Shown here: positions 38,205 to 50,737 of the stretch, in pieces
How positions within the stretch are numbered: position 1 is the stretch's first letter
How the letters are laid out: every line of letters begins with the position of its first letter
NCBI GenBank assembly: GCA_964016885.1
Contig: OZ024763.1
Coordinates: forward strand, 2,294,001 to 2,358,000
Direction of reading: 5' to 3'
DNA length: 64,000 nucleotides
DNA from: Eledone cirrhosa
Lineage: Eukaryota
Program-made: the position numbers and the translations under genes
Notes under the pieces: generated by a model
What the model was told of the DNA's origin: nothing
Databases searched by the model: none
Seen by the model: only the letters and a program-made list of their open reading frames with translations

Positions 38205-39733
38205 GAGGCATCGACCATACTCTGAACGTCTTGCTTCCCTGGGCATGGATACATTGAAGCTCCGACGTCTGGCAACTGACTTGGTAAACACCCACAAGAT
38301 TATTAACCATCTTGCCAACAACAACCCTGAGTACCTTTTTGGTTTCCACATGTCTAACACACGTGGGCATGCCTACAAAGTCAGAAAACAGCACAGTTCC
38401 CATGACTTTTAGAAACATTTTTTCACGTTCAGAGTTGCTGAAGCATGGAACAAACTACCTGCATCAGTTGTTAGCTGTCGAGACACTGCATCCTTTAAAA
38501 CCTCCATGGAACAAACTACCTGCATCAGTTGTTAGCTGTCGAGACACTGCATCCTTTAAAACCTCCATGGAACAAACTACCTGCATCAGTTGTTAGCTGT
38601 CGAGACACTGCATCCTTTAAAACCTCCATGGAACAAACTACCTGCATCAGTTGTTAGCTGTCGAGACACTGCATCCTTTAAAACCTCCATGGAACAAACT
38701 ACCTGCATCAGTTGTTAGCTGTCGAGACACTGCATCCTTTAAAACCTCCATGGAACAAACTACCTGCATCAGTTGTTAGCTGTCAAGACACTGCATCCTT
38801 TAAAACCTCCATGGAACAAACTACCTGCATCAGTTGTTAGCTGTCGAGACACTGCATCCTTTAAAACCTCCATGGAACAAACTACCTGCATCAGTTGTTA
38901 GCTGTCGAGACACTGCATCCTTCAAAACCTCCATGGAACAAACTACCTGCATCAGTTGTTAACAGTTGAGACACTGCATCCTTTAAAACCTCCATGGAAC
39001 AAACTACCTGCATCAGTTGTTAGCTGTCGAGACACTGCATCCTTTAAAACCTCCATGGAACAAACTACCTGCATCAGTTGTTAGCTGTCGAGACACTGCA
39101 TCCTTTAAAACCTCCATGGAACAAACTACCTGCATCAGTTGTTAGCTGTCGAGACACTGCATCCTTTAAAACCTCCATGGAACAAACTACCTGCATCAGT
39201 TGTTAGCTGTCGAGACACTGCATCCTTTAAAACCTCCATGGAACAAACTACCTGCATCAGTTGTTAGCTGTCAAGACACTGCATCCTTTAAAACCTCCAT
39301 GGAACAAACTACCTGCATCAGTTGTTAGCTGTCGAGACACTGCATCCTTTAAAACCTCCATGGAACAAACTACCTGCATCAGTTGTTAGCTGTCGAGACA
39401 CTGCATCCTTCAAAACCTCCATGGAACAAACTACCTGCATCAGTTGTTAACAGTTGAGACACTGCATCCTTTAAAACCTCCATGGAACAAACTACCTGCA
39501 TCAGTTGTTAGCTGTCGAGACACTGCATCCTTCAAAACCTCCATGCTTCCTGAGATTCGCCAACACTACACCTGATATTCCCCCTCCATGCACACACACA
39601 TGTGTATGCATGTGTGTGCATATATATCATGACTCATACACTATTCACTTTCCTGACATTTGTACATTATTCTATGTACTATACATGCACCTTTGATGAG
39701 TTGTAGTGCAACTGAGCACTGTACACAATAATT

Positions 39734-39767
<34 letters not shown>
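38205..39767 (+). mobile_element. CR1-group LINE 3' fragment with internal 61-bp array (18 copies, 38444-39545)
   Basis: YSERLASLGMDTLKLRRLATDL..TRGHAYKVRK..FFTFRVAEAWNKLP C-terminal motifs with an in-frame stop; 3' UTR and (ATT)n tail; other 3' ends at 38020-38095 (+) and 52085-52245 (-). Confidence 0.9.
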
Positions 39768-40446
39768 GACTTCTACCATTAAAAGAACTAGCAGAAAAAC
39801 CACCCTTTGGGTGGTTTTCTTGTAGCATGTGTAGTGTGTATTATATGCAAGTGTGTATTATATGCAAGTGTAGTGTGTATTATATGCAAGTATATATACA
39901 TGTAGATATGATACATCAAATAAAATCATAATTGACAATATACAATACATAGAAATTGAACGAAGACTGCGTTACACTGTCTCATTTAATCAGTAACGTG
40001 ATCCATGATACATTAAAAAAGACGATATTATATATAAACTGCATTAGGAGAAAATTAGTGACAGAAAATTAGTATGTTTAATTAAGCGATGGCAACTGGA
40101 AGTGTTGACATTTCAGAAATTTTAAAGAAGTGAATCTTTAAATAAACAAAATATATTTAATGAACAGCCTCGAAATTTAGTAGATAAATTATGTAATATT
40201 CATTCATTATTTATTCAAAGTAATCCAACTTATTTTACAAATGGGATAAAAATTAAAAAAACCGTACGCAGTCCTGCAGATCTTCCTTTGTTATAGTTTA
40301 GATGGTAGACTTCAAGTGTGAAAGCCATCAATGGATGTCTGATAGTGATGTTGATACTAACATATCAACTGTCATTCAGGTCAACAACATTTATCAATAT
40401 AACTCTTCAATTTTTCAATAAAACTATTGACCTATCTGTAAAATAT

Positions 40447-40527
40447 GTAGAGTGTCCCCCAAAAATGTATTCACACTTCAAAAGCATTCTTATAATAGCA
40501 TGTATACATTTTTGGGACTCTCTCTAC
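40447..40527. mobile_element. Tc1-type mini-MITE
   Basis: AGAGTGTCCCCCAAAAATGTAT / ATACATTTTTGGGACTCTCT TIRs. Confidence 0.6.
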
Positions 40528-40528
40528 A

Positions 40529-40566
<38 letters not shown>

Positions 40567-40699
40567 TATATATCCAAGCAGGGAAGAGCGGACGTAAAAT
40601 GATGATGATGATGATATATATATGATTTGATAAATTCCAACCTCATCTCTAAGACAGTGTCACTGGACTGAGATCTTTGGCGCTACGCAGTAATACAGA

Positions 40700-41085
40700 A
40701 GACCCACCTTGCCTATGTACAAAGCGAAACCTACAGTCAGTAGGCACCTCTTAACCAAATATACACCCCCATCCCACTACCCCTACTCCACCCGACCCCC
40801 TCCCCCACTCCCACCAACACCAGCCCTTTCTCTGTAAAGTTATGTGGGTACCACAACATCCAGTCCATGCTGTAATGTGGCTGTGTAGGTAACACGGTAA
40901 AAACCTCCCAGTCCACACTGCAAACATGGTTGGTGTTAGGAAGGGCATCCGGCCGTAGAAAACCTGCCAGACAGTCCTATACGAGCGAGACATTGTCACC
41001 CGACCAATCTTGCCTCAAGTGGGACAATTCCCGTCTAAACCCATGCTACCGTCGAAGATGGACGTTAAATGATGATGATGATATA
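40700..41085 (+). mobile_element. SINE-like subfamily B, long copy
   Basis: Colinear with 60352-60760; (TGA)n tail. Confidence 0.8.
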
Positions 41086-41258
41086 ATATAATATAATACA
41101 CACACACACACATATGTTTGTGTGTATATCTATATATATATATATGTGTGTATGCATATATATATATATATATACACACTCACACACACTTGTGTATGAG
41201 TGTATTATATATATATGAAGTAGTAAAACCTAACTTGTGTATGAGTGTATTATATATA

Positions 41259-41338
41259 TGAAGTAGTAAAACCTAACTTCTTCAATACACTTCACTACAC
41301 AGATTAATATATCTAATCAACCATTAAAGTGCCTTTTA

Positions 41339-41372
<34 letters not shown>

Positions 41373-41440
41373 TAAAAGGCACTTTAATGGTTGATTAGAT
41401 ATATTAATCTGTGTTGAAGAAGTTAGGTTTTACTACTTCA
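41259..41440. repeat. Palindrome with (TA)n centre
   Basis: TGAAGTAGTAAAACCTAACTTCTTCAA..GTGCCTTTTAAT (TA)n ATTAAAAGGCAC..TTGAAGAAGTTAGGTTTTACTACTTCA. Confidence 0.85.
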
Positions 41441-41794
41441 GCATCAAACAATCTTGTCAGAATACATATATATATAAATAATGTGTGTGTGTATGAAAAA
41501 CCACAAACCCTCCATCTCAACTCTACTTTTCAATAGCAGAAGAACTGCGAAACCGGTAAAGGAACCAAATAAATATATATTTTTAAAAAAAAAACTCCAG
41601 TTGCATTTTCGATTTCATCTTTTTTCCTTATACTTTTACTCGTGTAGGACACCTTTTTCATTTTGTAAAAAAAACCTCACTTTCTAATATATAGGTTCAT
41701 GTCAGTATCACAGTGTAGAGCTCTGAAGACACTTCTGCTGTTCAATTTTCTTGACAGTTTCTTACAAGTGCAGTTTTGTACTTTTTATGTATGT

Positions 41795-43100
41795 CTTGCT
41801 AATGTGGTTTGCTAATTCAAATGTTTATAGTATCTTCATCAGTAGACGGATTGTTGTGAAAATGTTCAGTATTAAAGTCAGGACTTGGATTTTCAATATG
41901 ATGCATCAATTAGTGATGTTTTGTAATTTTCAAGAATGTCTTGCTAATGTGGTTTTATGTGGTTTGTTAATTCAAATGTTTATAGTATCTTTGCTGGTGG
42001 ACAGTTCAGTGTGAAAGTTTGCAGTATTAGAGACAGGACTTTTCTTTTTATTGATATGTAGCCATAATGGTGTTGTGGATTTTTCAATAATGTTTTGCTA
42101 ATGTGGTTTGTTAATTCAAATGTTTATAGTATCTTTGCTGGTGGACAGTTCAGTGTGAAAGTTTGCAGTATTAGAGACAGGACTTTTCTTTTTATTGATA
42201 TGTAGCCATAATGGTGTTGTGGATTTTTCAATAATGTTTTGCTAATGTGGTTTGTTAATTCAAATGTTTATAGTATCTTTGCTGGTGGACAGTTCAGTGT
42301 GAAAGTTTGCAGTATTAGAGACAGGACTTTTCTTTTTATTGATATGTAGCCATAATGGTGTTGTGGATTTTTCAATAATGTTTTGCTAATGTGGTTTGTT
42401 AATTCAAATGTTTATAGTATCTTTACTGGTGGACAGATTATTGGTAAAATTTGTAGTATTGAAGTCAGGACTTCGCTTTTCAATGTGATGTAGGCATAAT
42501 GTTGTTTTCTACTTTTCGATGTTTTAATTATGGATTTTTCTAATTCAAATGTTTATAGTATCTTTACTGGTGGACAGATTATTGGTAAAATTTGTAGTAT
42601 TGAAGTCAGGACTTCGCTTTTCAATGTGATGTAGGCATAATGTTGTTTTCTACTTTTCGATGTTTTAATTATGGATTTTTCTAATTCAAATGTTTATAGT
42701 ATCTTTACTGGTGGACAGTTCAGTGTGAAAACTTGCAGTATTAGAAACAGGACTTGTTGTCTTCTCAATGTGATGCAGCCATAATGTTGTTTTCTATTTA
42801 TTGTGTCTTGCTATTGTGGTTTGTTAATTTAAATGTTTATAGCATCTTTACTAATTGACCGATCATTGTGGAAAGTTTTCAGTATTAGAGTCAGGATTTT
42901 TAATCTGATGTAGCCATAACAGTGTTTTGGACTTGTCAATAATGTTTTAATTATAATGTTTTCTAATTCAAATCTTTATGATACCCTATTAGTTGACAGA
43001 TTGTGAAAATTTGCAATATTAGAGACAGGACTTTAATTTTTAACCTGATGCAGACATAATATTGTTTTCGAACTTTCAAGAATGTTTCACTAATGTGGTT
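41795..43100. repeat. 141-144-bp tandem repeat, ~9 units
   Basis: GCCATAATGG at 42061, 42205, 42349 (period 144); CTTTACTGG at 42421, 42562 (period 141). Confidence 0.9.
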
Positions 43101-43595
43101 TTCATGCAGTAGAAGATTTATAAATTTGAATGATAAACATTCTTTAGTTTGTCTCAGAATGTTGATTTATTTGGAAATATTACATCTAAACAATGCAGGA
43201 AATAGTTCAAATCGAACTTTATTAAAATGCATAATTCTTTTTTTAATTGTTTTTTTAATATTGAAACTAAAATTAAATTTTAACACTTGCATTATTTTTT
43301 CTCAAAAAGATTTAAAAAAAACATGCAATTATTATTATTATTTTTTTAAAACACTGCTAATTCACATAATTACTGTAAATTAATAATTTTTTTAATCAGT
43401 AAAAATATTACCAGTGTTTATTACAGTGCTTGAGGGTATCATAAAAAAAATTCCTAGTTTTTCTGTCAAGATCTAAATAGAACAATATGAGAGTCACGTC
43501 TGTTGTGAACTTCTTGAAAAAAAGATGCGCTCCAGTACAAAATTTTAGTTACCCAGATGCAAAACTGTGATCTACAACTTGGAACATTTATAAAT

Positions 43596-43710
43596 ACAGC
43601 TGATTCTAGACTGGAAATAGCTGTCGAAACAGCAAGAGCTCAGCTGTCGGGCCTCGACATTTTCCAATATAGTCATACTCTACTATCAAGAACTCTGCTA
43701 AATAATGGTC
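43596..43710 (+). mobile_element. Diverged relative of PLE-like family 5 (5'-truncated hammerhead)
   Basis: acagct..agctgtc-GAAA-cagc aagagctca gctg-TC-gggcc. Confidence 0.55.
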
Positions 43711-43828
43711 TTACTAGTTTAAAACTGGTATAATTTTAATGACTGACTGAATACACACTTGTGTTTTTCCCCCTTCCTTCCTCTTCTCACTCTTTATTTT
43801 TCTGTGTCATTCTTTATTTCTAACTCTA

Positions 43829-43864
43829 TCTTCTAATGAAGGACTAGTGTCTGAAACATTGAGA
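43829..43864 (+). ncRNA. Degenerate minimal hammerhead motif
   Basis: tctt-CTAATGA-aggac tagt gtct-GAAA-CA-TT-gaga; core G5 mutated; downstream resembles 61100-61130 (-). Confidence 0.35.
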
Positions 43865-44019
43865 CTCTTTTCCTACTATATCAAGCATAAAACTAATATA
43901 TTTCTTGTACTGTGTTGTTTTCTCTGTTTACTTTTTGCATATATATATTACTCTTTTACTCTTTTACGTGTTTCAGCCATCCGGCTGAGGCCATGCCCTA
44001 TATATATATATATATATAT

Positions 44020-44260
44020 TTAGTCACCTGCCCTGGCATTTCTCACAACAGGACCACTCGTCTAACCCATGCTAGCATAGAAAAAGTAATGTTAAATAGG
44101 GATGAGGATTTACGTATATACATATATATATATATCATCATCATCATCATCATCACCGTTTTACGTCCGTTCTTCCACGCTAGCATGGGTTAGACGGGTT
44201 GTCCTGTTGCGGGCAGTGTCTGGTCGGCTGACAGGGGAACTCTACTGATTCTGGCTTGAT
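44020..44260. mobile_element. Two tail-to-tail SINE/LINE 3' ends
   Basis: CAACAGGAC..TCTAACCCATGCTAGC..(TGA) on + (44020-44108) and - (44134-44260); also at 62840-62926 and 15755-15820. Confidence 0.7.
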
Positions 44261-44322
44261 GGGTAGCTAGATAGATATCATCACCATCATCATCATCATC
44301 ATCATACATAGAAAGAGAAAGC

Positions 44323-44353
<31 letters not shown>

Positions 44354-44584
44354 GGAGGGGGTGTCCAGGAACTCATTAGCAGACATAATTAGTCTAATCA
44401 ATCATGACTACATTATGGCAGCTATTGGCAAGAGGTGGGTGGGGTGGGGTGGAAGGGGGAGGGGGAGGGTGTTCCCGGGGGGGGGGGGGGGGTAACAATG
44501 CCGTACAGATTACAGCCTTGCTGCACTGTGAGAGTTGCATGTAAGATATACTGGCAACATTCTTGCAGCTATTGCAGTTTGTGT

Positions 44585-45453
44585 AGTGTGGTGGTGGTGG
44601 TGGTGGTGGTAGTAGTGGTGGTGGTGGTGGTATTGATAGTGGTGGTGGTGGTGGTGGTGGTGGTGGTGATAGTAGTGGTGGTGGTGGTATTGATAGTGGT
44701 GGTGGTGGTAGTGGTGGTGGTGGTGGCAGTGGTGGTGATAGTAGTGGTGGTGGTATTGATAGTGGTGGTGGTGGTGGTGGTGGTGATAGTAGTGGTGGTG
44801 GTGGTGGTGATGGTATTGATAGTGGTGGTGGTATTGATAGTGGTGGTGGTATTGATAGTGGTGGTGGTGGTGGTGATAGTGGTGGTGGTGGTGGTGGTAT
44901 TGATATGGGTGGTGGTGGTGGTATTGATAGTGGTGGTGGTGGTGATAGTAGTGGTGGTGATAGTGGTGTTGGTGGTGGTTGTGAATGAGGCAGATATGTG
45001 GTAGTGGTGGTGGTGGCAGCAGTGATAGTGGTGGTGGTATTGATAGTGGTGGTGGTGGTCATGAATGAGGCAGATAGGTGATAGTGGTGGTGGAGTGTTG
45101 ATGGTGGTGGTGGTGTGGGAGGGAGCAGAGCGATGGCGGTGATGATGGTGGAGGTTGTGATGGTGATGGTAGTGGAGTGGTGGTGTAAGTGGTGTTGGTA
45201 TTGATAGTGGTGGTGGGGGAGGCAGCAGAGCGATGGTGGTGGTGATGGTATTGATAGTGGTAGTGGTGGAGTAGGCAGCAGAGCGATAATGGTAATGTTT
45301 ATATATGTGGTGCTAGCAGTGGTGTGGGAGACAGTGGAAGGTAAGGTGGGGGAAGCTGTATTCTTCAAACAAATACAACTGGAATTAACAAACTTACAGC
45401 AATTAGCAATCTTATTTTTAATATTTGTTTTCTCTCTCTCTCTCTCTTCCCTT

Positions 45454-45494
<41 letters not shown>

Positions 45495-45937
45495 TCCTTC
45501 TTCCCTTGCTCTCTCTCTCTCTCTCTCTCTCTCGCTTCCTTCTTCCCTTGCTCTCTCTCTCTCTCTCTCGCTTCCTTCTTCCCTTGCTCTCTCTCTCTCT
45601 CGCTTCCTTCTTTCCTTGCTCTCTCTCTCTCTCTCTCTCTCTCGCTTCCTTCCTTCTTCCCTTGCTCTCTCTCTCTCTCTCTCTCGCTTCCTTCTTTCCT
45701 TGCTCTCTCTCTCTCTCTCTCTCTCGCTTCCTTCTTTCCTTGCTCTCTCTCTCTCTCTCTCTCTCTCTCGCTTCCTTCTTTCCTTGCTCTCTCTCTCTCT
45801 CTCTCTCTCGCTTCCTTCTTTCCTTGCTCTCTCTCTCTCTCTCGCTTCCTTCTTTCCTTGCTCCCTCTCTCTCTCCCCCTCTCTCTCTCTCCCTTCCTTC
45901 TTTCCTTTCTCTCTTTCTCTCTTCCTTCTTCCCTTGC

Positions 45938-45969
<32 letters not shown>

Positions 45970-46100
45970 CTTTCCTTTCTCTCTCCCTTCTTTCCTTTCT
46001 CTCTCTCTCTTTCTCTCCCTTCCTTTCTCTCTTTCTTCATTTGTTTGTTCCTCTCTCTCGTCATCCTTTCTCCTTTCATTTCTCTCTCTCTTTCTTTCAC
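44585..46100. repeat. (GGT)n and (CT)n-derived repeats
   Basis: Visible; source of 591-aa ORF 44394..46169. Confidence 0.9.
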
Positions 46101-46564
46101 TTTTCTCTTCTTTTCCTCCCCTCCTCCCCTCCCACATCCCATCTCCCCTCCCCCTCCCCACACCACCACCCGCTCCCCGCCCCTCCACCCCTCCCCACAC
46201 CCCTATCTTCTCATTGTTCTTCAGTTATTGTTCTAAATAAATCCATTCCATCATGTTTTGTTTTGTTAAGATAATATTAACATTTTCCTTTATTAAGTTG
46301 TGTGATATCCCCCCCCCCATCCTCCGCGCATGTTTGATATTCCTACATGTTTGATATTCCCACACGTATGGTGTTCCCACATGTGTTGCCTTACATGTGC
46401 GATACATTCCTACACACATGATCTACTCCTACCTGTGTTATTTAATCCTACATGTGTGTCCCTACAACCCATTCCCACATGTGTAATCTATTCCTGTCTA
46501 TCTATCAATTTATCTCTCTATCTGTTGGTCTATCTCTCTCTCTCTCTGTCTCTCTCTCTCTGTC

Positions 46565-46629
<65 letters not shown>

Positions 46630-46662
46630 CTAAAGATATCTATCTATCTATTTGTCTATCCA

Positions 46663-46694
<32 letters not shown>

Positions 46695-46898
46695 GCGAGG
46701 GAAAAGTGGTAAGGAACCAGGTGGACCATAACGCACCAAAGTACTCAATACTTAGGGTAGTAGAGTGGGTAATAGGAGTAAGTAAGACCCCGACGGCGGA
46801 GCTCAAGCCGTTTCGACGGCTAATTCTGTACTCAATTCTGTACAGAATTAGCCGTCGAAACGGCTTGAGCTCCGCCGTCGGGGTCTTACTTACTCCTA
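46695..46898 (-). mobile_element. Fold-back PLE-like family 5, third variant
   Basis: Both arms share private substitutions (GGAGTAAGTAAG, GGCGGAG, CTGTAC). Confidence 0.75.
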
Positions 46899-46948
46899 TA
46901 TATATATATATATATATATCTAAAGATATCTATCTATCTATTTGTCTA

Positions 46949-46985
<37 letters not shown>

Positions 46986-47024
46986 ATCTGTCTATCTCCC
47001 TACCTATCTATTTAACTATCTATT

Positions 47025-47470
47025 TAAAAGGACTGAGGGCAAACACCTTTCTCTCCGGACAACAACTCATCCCCTTCTTTAAGTACCACTTCAGAAGGAA
47101 GGTGAGAGTGGAGAGAGAGAGAGGGGTGCTACACCCCAGTAAATTTGCTGAAAGGTGGGTGAATGTGGCGAAAATGGCCCGAGTGAATGGGCCTTCTCTG
47201 TATGTAAACCTGTAGGTTGAGGAAGATAAGCGGAGGGAAGACAGCAACACCTACAAAACGTGTTCCTGGTGTTGAGGGTTGTTCTATCCACAGGGGTGTA
47301 AATCAACCCCGCAATAGCGTTACTCCCCCCCCCTCCTCCTAATGGAGATTTCAATTGTTTTATTTTTATATAGTTTATTGTTATTTATCATTGATAAAGA
47401 TTTTATCTAAAACCCCCGCCGTCACGTCTTGTAATGTCCCATTTTTGTACGCCCCTGTGGCAAATAAAGA
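47025..47470 (+). mobile_element. Tx1/L1-type LINE 3' fragment
   Basis: ..FFKYHFRRKVRVERE..KFAERWVNVAKMARV* resembles the L1/Tx1 ORF2 C-terminus; 3' UTR ending AATAAAGAAA. Confidence 0.6.
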
Positions 47471-47558
47471 AAGATATCTATGTATCTCTCTATGTCTCTC
47501 TCTGTCTCTCTCTGTCTCTCTCTGTCTCTCTCTCTCTGTCTCTCTCTCTCTGTCTCTC

Positions 47559-47600
<42 letters not shown>

Positions 47601-47607
47601 ACTGATT

Positions 47608-47980
47608 CTTTTTTTCAAATACCACTTTGGAAGAAGGATCAGGATGGAGAGAGAGGTGCTGTACCCCAGCAAGTTTTATGAAAGGTGGGTGAAAGTGTCG
47701 AGAATGGCCCGAGTGAATGGGCCTTCTCTCTATATCAGCCTGTAGGTTGAGGAAAAAGAGGAAGAGAGGAAAGGGGAACTCACTCTTCGTACTCCTGGAG
47801 ATGAGGGTTGCACATTTTTTCGGGGGTATGTGTTACCCATATGAACTGTCTCCCCCTATTGGGGAAAATCGATTAACTGTTAAATTCCATTTGTGATAAC
47901 ATTTTACACGTTTTTATTGTATGTAAACTTCCCCCTTTGTATTTGTCCCCTTCTTTTGTGCCCCTGTGGCTAATAAAGAA
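47608..47980 (+). mobile_element. Second Tx1/L1-type 3' fragment
   Basis: Homologous to 47070-47470; followed by (TATC)n. Confidence 0.6.
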
Positions 47981-47983
47981 ATA

Positions 47984-48043
<60 letters not shown>

Positions 48044-48124
48044 AGTCTGTCTGTTTGTCCATCTAAATAGAAAACAAATGAACATGTACCAAAAGCCACC
48101 CAATGCTGACACCAAACACAACTT

Positions 48125-50100
48125 TCACTACCACCACCACCAGCCACCACTACCACCACTACCACCACTACCACCACCAGCCACCACTACCACCACCAGC
48201 CACCACTACCACCACCACCAGCCACCACTACCACCACTACCACCACCAGCCACCACTACCACCACTACCACCACTACCACCACCAGCCACCACTACCACC
48301 ACTACCACCACTACCACCACCAGCCACCACTACCACCACCAGCCACCACTACCACCACCACCAGCCAACACCAGCCACCACTACCACCAGCCACCACTAC
48401 CACCAGCCACCACTACCACCACCAGCCACCACCAGCCACCACTACCACCACTACCACCACTACACCCACCACCACCCCTCACCACCACCACCACCATCTA
48501 TTACAAGTTACCTTTCACTATACCACCACCACTACCACCACCACCCCTCACCACCACCACCACCACCATCTATTACAAGTTACCTTTCACTAAACCATCA
48601 ACAATGGAGATTTCTGTCAGTTTTTATTATTAAATCAATTTAAATCAATTTCTTCTAATTTACATATTTTAAAACATTTGCCAAAATACAGTCCCTGCCC
48701 TACCCTGCACTGCACTGTGTTGGCATACCCAGCCCTTCCTAGCTCTACCCTGCTCTACCCAGCTCTGCACTCTACCGGCATGCCCTACCCCACACCACTA
48801 TTGTTGCTTCTTGTTTATTGTTAATGCCAAAATTTACACCACCCCGCCCCACCTCACCCCACCCCATATTTTCAAATATTCTTCCAGTATAGTTTAAAAA
48901 ACTACACACAGAGACACACCCACATGTCCATACACACACGTGGTGGTAGTAGTGGTGGTGGTGGTGGTGCTGATGGTGGTAGTGGTGGTGGTGGTGTTAG
49001 TGTTGGTATTGGTGGTGCTGGTGGTGTTGGTGGTGGTGGTGCTGATGGTAGTGCTGGTGGTGGTGGTGGTGGTGTTAGTGTTGGTATTGGTGGTGGTGGT
49101 GCTGGTGGTGTTGGTAGTGGTGGTGGTGTTGGTAGTGGTGGTAGTGGTGGTGGTGGTGCTGATGGTAGTGGTGGTGGTGGTGGTGGTGTTAGTGTTGGTA
49201 TTGGTGGTGCTGGTGGTGGTGTTGGTAGTGGTGGTGGTGGTGGTGCTGTTGGTAGTGGTGTTGGCGATGTTGTTATTGGTGTTTAGATTTGCAGTTAAAA
49301 TACTAAAAACAACTTTCAATAACCTACCAACCACCATCACCACCACCACCACTACCACCACCACCACCACCACTACCACCACCACCAACAACAACAACAA
49401 CAGCAACAGCACCTGTATATATGTTAGACTAACCAGGTGTTTTCTAAATTGAAATATATTCATATATTTATTAAATCACTTAATGTGGGGGGGGGGGGGG
49501 TTACTGTAATAAGTTCAACTGGTGATGTGACTGCTATTACCCCCACGCCCCCTGTCTATTGTATTGTACCCTATATGTCGGCCCTTGTGGCCAATAGATG
49601 AAACCCTTACTAACCTCTCCTTCCTATTGAGGAACCTTCTTTGTTTTGATTTTGTTATCTTCCTTTTTGTAAACGTTGTTAAAATTTGTTTACATGCAAA
49701 ACCCACACACCAACACACATACATACATCAACACATACACACACCAACACACATACATCAACACATACATCAACACATACCAACACACATACATACATCA
49801 ACACATACACACACCAACACACACACACGTACATCAACACATACACCAATACATACACATGCTAACACATACATACATCAACACATACACACACCAACAC
49901 ACACACACGTACATCAACACATAGACCTATACATACACATACCAACACATACACACACCAACACATACATCAATACATACACCAACACATACACATGCCA
50001 ACACACGCCAACACATACACATGCCAACACACGCCAACACATACACATGCCAACACACCAACACATACACATGCCAACACATGCACCAACACACACACTA
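48125..50100. repeat. (CAC)n, (GGT)n and CCAACACACATACAT low-complexity blocks with short unique spacers
   Basis: Visible. Confidence 0.8.
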
Positions 50101-50578
50101 TGTTTTTCTCCTGTGTTGTCATAACACATCTATATATCTAAAACAGAGAATGTCTGTATGTCTGTCTGACCCCCTAAAACTCGAGAACCACCCAACCAAT
50201 TGTTTTCAAACTTTACACATGTAATACTTATGGTCCTGTGAGTGTTTTGAGCAAAAGAAATTTCAAATTTTCAATGCCCTAGGGACTGCATTAGGCGATT
50301 TAGCGATCTCTCTCTATATTTCTTAGTCTTTCTTTTTAGATAGATACATAGATATAACATCGCGCCCTTATAATATTTGTCTGTATGTCTGGCTGTCTGC
50401 ATTATGTCATTATGACGCGATCAGTGTGTGTGTATATATGTATATATATGGTGTGTGTATATATATATATTCTTATGCCAGGGAACGTCTTCATGAACCA
50501 AAGTATCGTCTTCCTGTTTTCCTTCGGTTGCAACGATTTTCGAAATATTTACTTCTGCGTTCGCAGACTGATTTTTTT

Positions 50579-50629
50579 AGTTTCAGAAGATCCCGTTAAG
50601 GCTGAAAGCAGCGATTCTTTGCTTAAACT
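50579..50629 (+). ncRNA. Hammerhead-like motif with variant core CAGAAGA
   Basis: agttt-CAGAAGA-tcccgttaaggct-GAAA-gca..tgc-TT-aaact; homolog at 1360-1411; stem II weak. Confidence 0.4.
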
Positions 50630-50737
50630 TTAATCTGTTATTTTAATATAGATATTCGTGTACAGATATTTTTGCATGCACAAAAATAAAATATAAACAA
50701 ACAAGGCCGGCGATTACATAATCACATGCATCACTGG

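Noticed and set aside
36610-39545. CRISPR-like arrays (48-bp, 61-bp; also 29-bp at 50738-51898)
   Set aside because: Head-to-tail tandem units with no unique spacers, no cas genes and a eukaryotic context; units derive from SINE, LINE or Helitron sequence
40295-40318. Peptide SLDGRLQV identical to a Smad MH1 motif
   Set aside because: Immediately followed by TGA and no similarity to the flanking CVTIPR / SHRKGLPH residues; treated as chance unless BLASTX shows more
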